Source: Paraspadella gotoi (taxonomy: Eukaryota; Animalia; Chaetognatha). From it: a stretch of 14,332 nucleotides of DNA. The notes under the pieces were generated by a model. That model was not told the origin of the DNA, did no database searches, and saw only the letters and a program-made list of their open reading frames with translations. The first letter of the stretch is position 1; every line of letters starts with the position of its first letter. The position numbers were made by a program, and so were the translations under genes. The stretch is from positions 1 to 14,332 of the forward strand of contig JBJCIZ010000365.1 in the NCBI GenBank assembly GCA_051294375.1, read 5' to 3'. Shown in pieces: positions 1-10,095 of the stretch.

Positions 1-1312
1 ACTCAATAATTAATCAAAAAATTAATAACCAATCCATCAATAATCACTTTTAATAATCAGCATTAAGGAAATTAAGAAGAATTGCATGAGCCATTTAAAA
101 AATATTCAAATATAATACTCCATAACATTTTTTTTTAAAAAAATTTAAAAAACTGAGCTTTAAAGTTAAATGAGATTTAGCTATTTTATTATAGGAATAT
201 TTATTATTTTTTTAGATATTTATTCTAAGTAGGTTGAACTCAGGCTGATTGCTTTATCTGATATTTATCATATATTGATAAAAAATATATTTATTTATAA
301 TAAATATAATAAAGGATTATTTTATCTTCAAGCAGTCTGTACATGAAGAATCTACAAAGTTGTAGCACACCTTGGTTAGAAGTATGGTATGATTAGTCTA
401 ATCATTTATATGGACCATATTTAATAAAAAATTAAGGATTTTATTCTTTATTAAAAAAAAGCTTTATCAGCTAGGCAAGGCCTTTTGTCCACATCCTCCA
501 GGCATATTTGGGAAATGCCTTTAACATTGTCGTATAACAGATGCTGTTCAAAAATTTAATTAAAAAAGTAACTACTACGAGTATGTTGGCCAGCTATTAA
601 AGCTATTTTGATAACATAAACTTTCCTTTTTTTTTAATTGATGGGGGTGTGGAGACTAAATTTTCAGAATCCTTCAAAAAAAGATGGCTCCCATGAAAAG
701 TTGTTGGTCAATCAAATTATAATTCAACAAAAACTTTTATCTTATCTATTTTTATTAAACTGTCTCTTACTATCTAATTAATAGATATCATATTTTGTAC
801 ATAATTTAAGTAATTATAAAAACCTGTACAAGAAGTATTCCTCCAGGATGTAAACATACTTTGGATTTTCAAAAAAGAGGTTATGAAATGAAGCTTAAAG
901 CGGCTGTGTTAATGAAAATAATTTTATAAGACCTTATTATAGTACCATCAGCACTCAAAAGATATTCTACTCTTTATTTTAATTAGCTACCACCTCCTCC
1001 AGCATATTGTAAATGCTGCAGCAGAGCCTCCAGAGGTTGGTAAGATCTGAAAATTTATTTGAAATTTAAACTCTCATATACTTTTACAACTAATACATTA
1101 AGTGGACACAAAAACCGTACTTACTTTAGACACAATTAACTATGAAGTGAACGTGGTTGTGCCAAAAAATCCTTCAAGGCAGGTAGCACGGCCAGTGTAT
1201 TTCAACTTTATTTAAATGGCGTTGTCCTAACATCTTTTTTTAGGCCTCCACATATTAATTTCTGAGACCTTATTTGAAATCCGAGCAACCTTTGGCATTT
1301 TGGCACACCCTA

Positions 1313-1438
1313 ATGTTCGGCTTACATACAACCTTTTTAGCGTTAACACAATTATTTGTGAATTTTTGTAATTTAAAAATTCACAAATAATCTGTTTTAA
1401 CGCTGAAAGAAGGCTTGTGTTGTAAGCCGCGAAACATG
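1313..1438. repeat. Long imperfect palindrome (foldback/MITE-like)
   Basis: Perfect 17-bp inverted repeat 1351-1367/1375-1391 (ATTATTTGTGAATTTTT) with a 7-nt loop, extended outward by AGCGTTAA/TTAACGCT and CGGCTTACA/TGTAAGCCG. Confidence 0.85.
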
Positions 1439-1545
1439 TACGTTTTTACCAAAATAAAGTCGTTTGTAGGAAAAACATTAAAAGTCTTCCAAGAAAACGA
1501 GAACAAAAAAGAGTAAAAGAAGAGAGAAAGGAAATAAAAGGGGGT

Positions 1546-1645
1546 AGAATTAGAATAGCAATTAGAATTAGGAATAGAATTAAAATAGAATGAATAGAAT
1601 AGAATAGATAGAATAAATAGAATTAAAATAGAATAGAATTAGAAA
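1546..1645 (+). repeat. Degenerate (AATAG/AATTAG)n microsatellite within a purine-rich tract
   Basis: Repeated TAGAA/TAGAAT units read directly from the sequence. Confidence 0.85.
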
Positions 1646-1787
1646 AGATTTCAGGAGAAGAAACGAAATAAAAGAAAAGAAAGAGGAAAAAAAAGAAAAG
1701 AAAAAAAAAAGAGAAAAGAAAGAAAACTGTGGAGTAAGCGGCGTCGTTATTCTTGAGGATAAATTTGCATCAGTTTCGCATCGGACC

Positions 1788-1816
1788 TGGCATCGAGTGG
1801 CATCGAGTGGCATCGA
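1788..1816 (+). repeat. Tandem 10-mer TGGCATCGAG x~3
   Basis: Two exact copies plus a 9-nt copy. Confidence 0.9.
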
Positions 1817-2317
1817 AGTCGGCGTTGGGGGTGCGTGGATTAGATGAAAAAATGTACATTAGATGGCATCAGTAAATACCCAGCGGTTTATTGAAAGAAA
1901 AGCAAAATAGCCACTTATTTACGAGCATTGAATGTACATATGAATGTGGCGAATTCCCCATGGCATCATATCGAGTGCGTGATAATTTATTAAATTCAAT
2001 ACATTAATGTTTCAGAGATATAGAGATTAACAAACAATATTTTGAAACAAGAAAATAACAACTTTTGTCATAGAATGTTAGGGGCATTGAAGTATATCAC
2101 TGAGAATTAAAGTACTATGCCTTTGATGGTTGTAAAAATGGCAACAAATGTGATTCCGAATGCATCAACAATGGCACCGAACATGCATCGATGGCCACCA
2201 AATTTAGACGACGCAAACACTTTTCTATTTCTCGTGCAACTTGCGATCAAACGCGATACTGCGTTGCACGAATTCTTTGATTGAGCTCTTGTTCTTACCG
2301 TTTTGCGTTCGTTGAAT

Positions 2318-2456
2318 GAGAGGAGAGTGAGAGAGTTGTGAGAGGAGAGGAGAGAGACGAATGGAGAAGAGACGAGATGAGAGATGAGAGGAGATGTGAA
2401 GAGACGAGATGAGAGAGAGAGGAGAGAGAGAGAGAAAGACGAAGAGAGAGAGAGGA
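2318..2456 (+). repeat. Imperfect (GA)n microsatellite
   Basis: Direct reading. Confidence 0.9.
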
Positions 2457-5242
2457 CAATAGACAATAGACAATATTAATTATTGCCGCGCCTTTAGGCA
2501 CCTGAGGGCCTTTAAAAGCTACCTAATTTCTCTGAATATTAACAAATTGTAATCTGACTTTTGTAAACGTGCATCGCACCTAACTACAGGTGCGGTTGAA
2601 CCAATTTTCATGACACCTCTTCCAATTGACATTGACACAGATTCGCTCCTTTCCTCAGTATCCCAACCAGAAGTAGTCTATGGAGATTATATTTGGTTTG
2701 ATACGATTAAAAGAATACTATTCAATAATGTTCATCAAACAAATTTTAAAACGAATTATGACACAATGAAAAATGGCCCCGTAACGTTACTGTCTCCGTG
2801 CATAAAAACAAATCAACTATTCTAATATTATTATATTTCTTTTTTAATTTTTAAACGTTATAGTTTCATATGTTGATATTCCAAAATATCAATGCAAAAT
2901 CTTTTTTTGTTTTTTAGAAATATGACTGGGGAATGAATATTAGGGTGAAGATGATAATTTTTTTAAAAAAGTTACTTATTTTCATTATTTATTCATAGAA
3001 TTGTAATTAATAAAAAATTTAAAAAAAATATGAGTACTAATAGTTAGTGTTATTGTCTCAAATAGGATGGAAAAAAACCTCATTTTAAAATTCGATCGGG
3101 GAAGTTGCGGGTAACTAGGCTTACCAATAGATCCTCCACGCCAATTTGTTCTCTCAAATAATTTATTATTTATTTAATACATTATGAAAGGGAAAAAAAG
3201 AAAAATTTTGGAATGAGGTTGCAGAAAGTAGTACAAGATATTGACTTATTGACATGATAACCAATACCTATTTATATCTTGTGAAATTGGGGGCAGTAAG
3301 AATCTAAAAAATATTCATCATATAAGTCAGTCCAATAACCCCTTTCCAATGGGCTATTACGAGAAATATTTTTTCCTTAATTAAAATGGATGATAAATAA
3401 TTAGAATTAAATTCTTGCTAATATTTTAAAAAAAATTATCAATAACATTTAAATTACATGATGTTTTGCTTTTTCAAATATGTTACCAGATATAATAATT
3501 TTTTAACAACATTTATTATGATAAGACAAGCAGAGGTGTCAATAACCTTATTAAGTTTGCAGTATAAAGATAATGAAAAATTGACGATTTTATTTTTCAC
3601 AGTACAAAGAAGGTAGATAGAATCCCAGACTGTTTATATTCAGCTTGAAAACATTTTTTTATTTATCTTTTTAATATTTGAAAATACATTTTATCAAAGC
3701 TACAACATGAATTTTTGCTTGTTTTTTACTTTTTACTTGAAAATATGAGCAATTTTATGGAATAACAAAAATTTAAAATAAAACAAAATGAATTCAGTCT
3801 TTCCCTTTTTTCAAAATTACAAAAGCGAACAAAGAAAAAAATTTCATATGCCTATCATTGAAATTTTTTTAAAAAGCAAAAAACTGTTAGTTACTATTTT
3901 AACTCTGATTTTAAAACAAAAGGCTGTGTAAAGATTACTGGTTTAATTTAATTAAAACTCCTTTTAGAAAGGTGTCCCATGATTTAGGGCTTTAATTTGA
4001 TACACATCCACCTTGCTAACCTCTTTTTTTTTCAAAAGTTTATTTAAAAAATATAACTTTTTTAAAATTAAGCATACAAATCTTTGTTAATAAAAAAATT
4101 TCGGCAAAGCGGGAGTTTATCTCACTTATTTGCATTGGTACAATACTTTAAATTCAAAATTAAACTTTGAAGAAAATTTTTTTTGTCATTTAGAGCATAT
4201 CACTTTCAGATGTACCCATCGTATAATTAATTTATTTATTTTATTTCCCCCAAAAAGCCTAATTAGAAAAGTTAAAAATTTTGTCAAATTGTTTGGAAAA
4301 AAATTTCTGTCCACCTATGCTCATTTGAGAATAATGGTTTTGCCATAGAAAATCAAAATATCAAAAAAATAAAAAAATCAGCTCTAGAATAATCAATAGG
4401 CTAGAGGCTGATTTTTTTTAGATTTGCAAAATTTTTTCATGACTTCATAATCCTTATTCTCAAATTTCAAAATATTTTTTTTCAAAATCATTAAATCAAT
4501 TTTTTTTATTAATTTTAAAATGTTTTTAATGATGTTGTTTTTGTTTGAAAGAATTGAAAAAAAAGTGAAAATATATAATATATAAGGTTTTTCGAAATAC
4601 TTTAAAATATTAAATAAGTGTTAGCACACAAGGGGGAGTAAGCAGAGAAACTTCCCATTTCATAAAGAAAATTGAAAATAGAATTTGTCATATTGTTATT
4701 TGATTTAATTGGACTAATTACAAACAAATGATCATTTATAAAGTGAGGAAATGTGGGTAAAAAATATTCATTCTTGGTCTCGGGTTATACTATTAGCGTT
4801 ATCTAAAGTTGTTTTAATAATTTAATATTTTTTTTTGCATTTATAAAAGCCAAGGTCTAATTATGTAAGCATTTCGAGCTATATTGCTTTCATATTTTTT
4901 ACTATTTTTGATCTAGTTTAGCTTTTTATGTTGATGGTCAAGGGTTTATGGTCAGTACAGTATGTTCCAAGTAGTGTATAATCGCACATATTACCAAAAG
5001 TAATGCATCAATTAATTTGGCTCATAAAACAATTTTTAAAGGGAACAAAATCAGCACGAGACCGTTTTCGCCACGTTATTTTTCATTGTGTCTTATACGA
5101 GATTAGCATTCTGTCTAGAAAATGTCGCTACATATTGCTGTAAGTGATCATGTCTTGCTGCAATCTTATAAAACATTCAGAAGGGGTATGGAGGGTAAAT
5201 TTGAAAAGTTCTTAGGCCAAAAGTACCTTGAAGCTTGTCAAA

Positions 5243-5299
5243 GAGAGAGAGAGAGAATGAGAGAGAGAGAGAGAGAGAGAGGGAGGAGAGGAAGAGAAG
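5243..5299 (+). repeat. (GA)n microsatellite
   Basis: Direct reading. Confidence 0.92.
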
Positions 5300-5797
5300 G
5301 AATTGCCACAGTTAATTTTAAAACTGAGAATGGGTCCCGGGAATTTTGCCACTCAGTTAATTTAAACGGAGATATGGGTGTTATTTTCAATGGCACACTG
5401 TTTTAAGGTAATTCATTGATTTCAATTGATTTTTTCATTTTTCGGACGTTGAAAAAAGTTTAGTTTAAAAAAGTTTATCCTTTTCTTCTGGGGAGGAATT
5501 CCAATGTAATTTAAAATTTATCTATCTTTAAATAAAACTACAAAATAACAATGTAATTATAATTAAAACGTTGATTGTTTTTTGTATTTTTATAATTAAA
5601 TTTTTTTCTCTTTTCTTTATTTCATTTTTATTTCCTTATTTATTTTTCTCCTCCTTTTTTATTAATTTTCTTCCTTTTCTTCAATTTCCTTTTTTCCCAT
5701 TTTTTCGCCGACCGCTTCCGATTCAACCACAATTAAGAAAAACTTATCAATTTTTCAATTTTTTTTACAAGAAAACGATTCGAGGAAAGGGAGGAGC

Positions 5798-5890
5798 GAG
5801 AGAGAGAGTAGAGAGAGTAGAGAGAGAAGAGAGAGAGAGAGAGAGAGGATGAGAGGAGAGCAGGAGAGAGTAGGAGAGTAGAGAGAGAGA
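5798..5890 (+). repeat. Imperfect (GA)n / GAGAGTA microsatellite
   Basis: Direct reading. Confidence 0.9.
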
Positions 5891-6746
5891 AAAAAAAAAT
5901 TCAGAGCTCCAATAATCTACTTAAAAAAAACTGGGGTAGTTATAAAATTTTATAAGATTAACAAATAATTAAATATTTCTAGTTTTACAGTTTTTTATTT
6001 AGTTTGTTTCTTTTTTTATTTGTGAAACTGAAAAATCAGAATTTTTTAAATTTTTTAAATTTAAAATAAAAAAAGATTTTTTTCCAACATTTTTTCTTTC
6101 ACGAAATAGGTCACGTGACTTTTAAACGAAAACAAGAAAGAAAAATTATGGATCGCTATTTTATCGAACTGAAAAAAAATATTATTTTTGATGGAATCAA
6201 GTTTAAAAAAATTTGAAGATGTAATTTGCATTTCCTGAGCACGAGAACTTCCGATGTTTTAATTTCACATTTAATATTTATTAATAAGGTAAGTGTATTT
6301 TTTTTCTCTGTTAATAATGCGGGAAGGCTCGAACGTTTTTCCAGACACGCGAATTTGGCGAGGTCACCTTGAGGGCAAAAAAAAATTTTTTCAAGAGACT
6401 TTGAATTCAAATTTATTAATATTTTTATTAATTAAAAAAAGTTGATTTTTATTTAAATATTAATAAATTATTTTTTTTTTCATAATGTTAATGTGATTTG
6501 AAAAAATTGTTTTTTTTTCATTTGGGTGTGGATCTTAAATCAATTAATTTTTAGAATAAATTTTCAAATTTGTGAATGAAATTGAATTTTTCTTTTTTCA
6601 TTCTTCCTCAGTATATTGAATTTCTATCATGATACCGTGCCACTGTATTCACGGGGCGCATTTAAAAACGGCCCGCCGCCATTTTTCCGCCGGGCAATTT
6701 TTGCGAATTACAAAGTTTAAACCGGCAGTTGACCCGAAATTTCTGC

Positions 6747-7052
6747 GCGAACGACAAGAAAAACGACGACGACGACGACAAAGATGACGACGAACGAAGA
6801 ACGACGAACGACGACGATGAAGATGACGGATATTTTTTCCTTTGAACTAAATCGTTTCATCTTCGGATTAACGAAACGAACATTTCACAGGTCCATTTAT
6901 ATCGGAAAGTTGTCGTCTTCGTCGTTCGTCTCGTCGTTCGTTGTCGTCGTGCGGTCGTGTTTCTCGTGTTATCACCGTCGTTCGTCTTTCGTTCGTCGGT
7001 CGTTTCGTTATCGTTTTCGTTCGTCTTTATCGTCGTCGTCGTCGTTCGTCGC
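6747..7052. repeat. Foldback-like element with arms built from (ACG)n and (CGT)n subrepeats
   Basis: 6763-6787 matches the reverse complement of 7021-7045 at 23/25 nt. ACG-rich left arm, CGT-rich right arm, AT-rich spacer ~6830-6910. Confidence 0.8.
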
Positions 7053-7149
7053 TTCTCTGGGATTTGTGTCGCAATGGAGATTTTAATCTCGAAATGATTC
7101 GCTCTTTAAGAGTAGGTCATTCCGAAGCTTTAAGGGTAGGTCGTCAGGA

Positions 7150-7166
7150 AGAGATAGAGAGAGGAG

Positions 7167-7197
<31 letters not shown>

Positions 7198-7203
7198 GAG
7201 AGG
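7150..7203 (+). repeat. Imperfect (GA)n microsatellite
   Basis: Direct reading. Confidence 0.9.
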
Positions 7204-7356
7204 AACGTTAACGGTTTTTTGCAACGAACTCTCCCAAACGATGGAAAAAAAAAAAGAAAACGGTGACAAACAGAAGAGCAGGAGAGAGAGAGAGAAGGAG
7301 GGAAGAAGCTTTTTATTTCCCAATTATGTTTTACCTTATTACTTTTTCTTAACATT

Positions 7357-7395
7357 TCTCTCTCTCTCTCTCTCTCTCTCTCTTCTTCTCTCTCT
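7357..7395 (+). repeat. (TC)n microsatellite
   Basis: Direct reading; opposite orientation to the GA tracts at 7150-7203 and 7280-7300. Confidence 0.9.
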
Positions 7396-7978
7396 TAACG
7401 ACGACGGAATTCTGTTTTATCTCCAAAGTCAAAACTCAAAAGAGGAATATTCAGAGAACATTTTTTTTTACTGAAAGTAGAATAGAGAAAGAAAGGAAGA
7501 AAAAGACAAAGCATAAAAAAAAAGACGAAAAGAAAAAGAAAGATTAATGGGAAATTTAAAAAAAATAAACAAAAAAAGAAAGAGAAAGAAATATATATGT
7601 ATGAAATTGGCTTACAAACCAATAGATATATATTTTTTTTTATCACGCGAATCGAAATATTAGAAGAAAATTTATAAGGAAATATTGAGATCGGAAAAGC
7701 AGTGGACGCCATTCTTGATTTGATTTATTATTTTTATGGACGGAATAAAAGTTTTAAAATTAAGGAAATTTATATATAAAGAGAATGTTTAACTAAAAAG
7801 GGAAAGTGTGTAAACAAAACGAGCAAAGTTTTTTATCAAGATTATTGTTTAATATTAGATTAGTTTTATATCAGAATATTTTATATAGATTATTTAGTTA
7901 AGAGTCCGTGATATTAAGATAGTATATCACTCCTTAAAACGTGAATATTAAGATTTTGAATATTAAAAAAGAAATCCT

Positions 7979-8694
7979 TGTTGTCTTAATGTAAGAACTA
8001 AATATAAAGTCTTTATGATATGAACATGATCTTTTATTGATACTCTGAGTGATAGCCGCCTCTCGCTTCGCCGCCGTCGTAGCTGGTTACGGAGGATCCT
8101 GCCGTCCCCCATGTCCCCGCTGCACGCCTCCGTGAAGGGAGCGTGGCCGCGTACCAGCGCCGGTATGCCGCTAGTGCGCCGAACCCGTCTGTCAGCCAGT
8201 AGAGATTGGAGGACGGTAGTCGGCGATGGCATTGCGTTCACCCATGTGGACGAATGTGGTGGGCCAACAGAGTCCGTCCACCAGTCAATATGACGGGGCT
8301 AAAGTCTGACCACGAGTACCAGCCCACGAGTGACAGGTTTCCTTTTTGGGTAATCGGTCTCGCCACAAGCCCCTTTCTAGGCCTGACAATCACTCTGTAC
8401 CTTATTGAACCGGACTGTTACAAAGCGTGACACTAATATCTGGTGGACATGAGTGGCCGTCCTGGACTCAGCATACCGTTAATAAAGGCGTTTGGTGACG
8501 GGCGCAGCGAATATGGAAGTCTAAGAATCTACATGGCCTAGCAAATATCATGGTAAGAAAAAGCGACAAGAGGAAGTCTGTAAATTCTCCTAAAGAAAAG
8601 AGCAAAAAAAGACATTCTTCGGCAGAAACAGGTAATAACAAAAGGCACAAAAAATAACATGGGGGAAAAAAGAAAGCGAGGACATTATCCTACA
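7979..8694 (-). repeat. Candidate 3' LTR (distal end at 7979 or possibly 7809)
   Basis: Starts TGT directly after the PPT-like tract. AATAAA on the minus strand at 8038-8033, then ...TAAGACAACA ending at 7979; an alternative ...TTTACA end at 7809 would give TGTA...TACA. The second LTR is outside the window, so this is unverified. Confidence 0.42.
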
Positions 8695-8704
8695 CCCCCA
8701 CCTC
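8695..8704 (-). other. Candidate polypurine tract (PPT)
   Basis: Minus strand GAGGTGGGGG immediately followed by TGTAGG, in the same orientation as pol. Confidence 0.45.
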
Positions 8705-10095
8705 AGCAGCGCTCCATCAGCAAGCCGCGTGGAAAACACATCCAACAAAGACCACTCTGATCTGAAGGCACGGCCATAGTGCAAAGGCATGTCGAACCAA
8801 GAAGAAGAAGAAAGCAAATCAATGAAAAAGACGGGCGAAGAGAGGATTCAAGATACGATGGAAATAAAGAGATGAGGTCTAAGAGAAGAAAGAAAAAACA
8901 AAAATAAAATAAAAAAAGCAGAAAATAAACTAGAAAAACAAAAATCAAGCAAAATGGGAGAAAAGGGAAAGAATATATTTCTTTATCCGTCTGTACTTAG
9001 CCTGTCAAAAAACTGTACACCCTTCTAATTTAATTTTTATCGTGATTGATTTTTACGTCTAATGAAATTGGGAAAATGACAATACATCATGCTAATAGTA
9101 GAACTAGAACATATTTCTTTTTTTTTTCACAGTGCGAAATTACACAATGTTTTTTTGTTTAAAACTCATTGTCACGTTAATATAACGCTTGAATAACAAA
9201 TCTTTCCGTCACTCGCGTCGAATTTTGATAGAGAGCGTAATCAGTTGAACAATAATTAGTACATTAAATTGCTACTTAATACAAAACGGTATAAGATTCT
9301 CAGATATCTTATTTTTTACTATTTTTTAATCGAACGTTTATTCATTCACGGCTAAATAAAATTTTTCAGAATCAATTTGCACGAAGATTAAACGTCGAGA
9401 AATAACTACGAAACTTACCCTTTCCTTACAGAAGCAAAAAACGTGATCTCTCTCTTTTAAAGATTAATGAACCTTAAAATTTTACTGAGTTTATTCATTT
9501 TCGCCATATGTAAAAGTAAACAATATAATAACGAAATCGTAAATACCGTATTACCAACGGAGGACCAGGGGGCAGAAAGTATCTTGAAATCATTGATTAG
9601 GTAAAAATCGTTCTTGAGGAACTATATAATAAAACTTTGACTAATTTCTTATAGAACCATTTCTACTTAACATCTTTTTCTATTGATAACATGAATACTT
9701 ACGTTAATAAACAAATAAATAAATTCTGTTTTGTTCGTCTGCCGGCCGAAATCACCTACGTAAATACCGAGCGCCGTTTATGCCAACAGTGGATAGTCGA
9801 AGACATAAAAAACGGTTCGCACCTCGCGGGTCTTACCCGTACTAGTCGGCTGACTTCTCCGAGAAAACGTTTAGATCACTCGCGTCTTCCGTGAAACGTC
9901 AAAACAATCCGAGTATTTTTAAATATATGCTCCATAATCGAGTATCATTTTCCGAGATTCAATGATCAGTTCTAAATTCAGAGAAGCCCGCGGGCTTGTT
10001 GGGCTGATTCAGCTCCCGCGACGACCGCGCCTCGACCGCGCCCGGGCCCGCGGGGATGTCGGTCGGCGGGGGCGCGGGCTTCGGCGCCTCGTCGC

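Noticed and set aside
2610-4348. Possible host exons or ORFs (2610-2825, ~3600-3660, 4130-4348)
   Set aside because: No consistent exon chain or recognisable protein motif.
5300-5372. Imperfect direct repeat TGCCAC(TC)AGTTAATTT..AAAC.GAGA x2
   Set aside because: Only two degenerate copies; a simple local duplication, not a CRISPR-like or other array.
6590-6615. Hammerhead-like CTGAGGA...GAAA on the minus strand
   Set aside because: Stems I and III cannot be formed from the flanks.
1580-7712. Short ORFs such as 1580-1813, 2107-2501, 5122-5406, 5571-5852, 6784-7474 and 7083-7712
   Set aside because: They are open only because they cross GA/TC, ACG or poly-T low-complexity tracts (SLSL, RERE, FFFF translations); no domain motifs.
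7963-8430. Protein-coding reading of the GC island (ORFs 7963-8241, 8111-8293, 8206-8430)
   Set aside because: Short ORFs on both strands with no recognisable motif; a frameshifted exon cannot be excluded given the indel noise.
8441-8458. TGGTGGAC... as a plus-strand primer-binding site after CGTGACA
   Set aside because: It lies 8 nt from the CA, I cannot extend a match to a tRNA 3' end, and no gag-like ORF follows.
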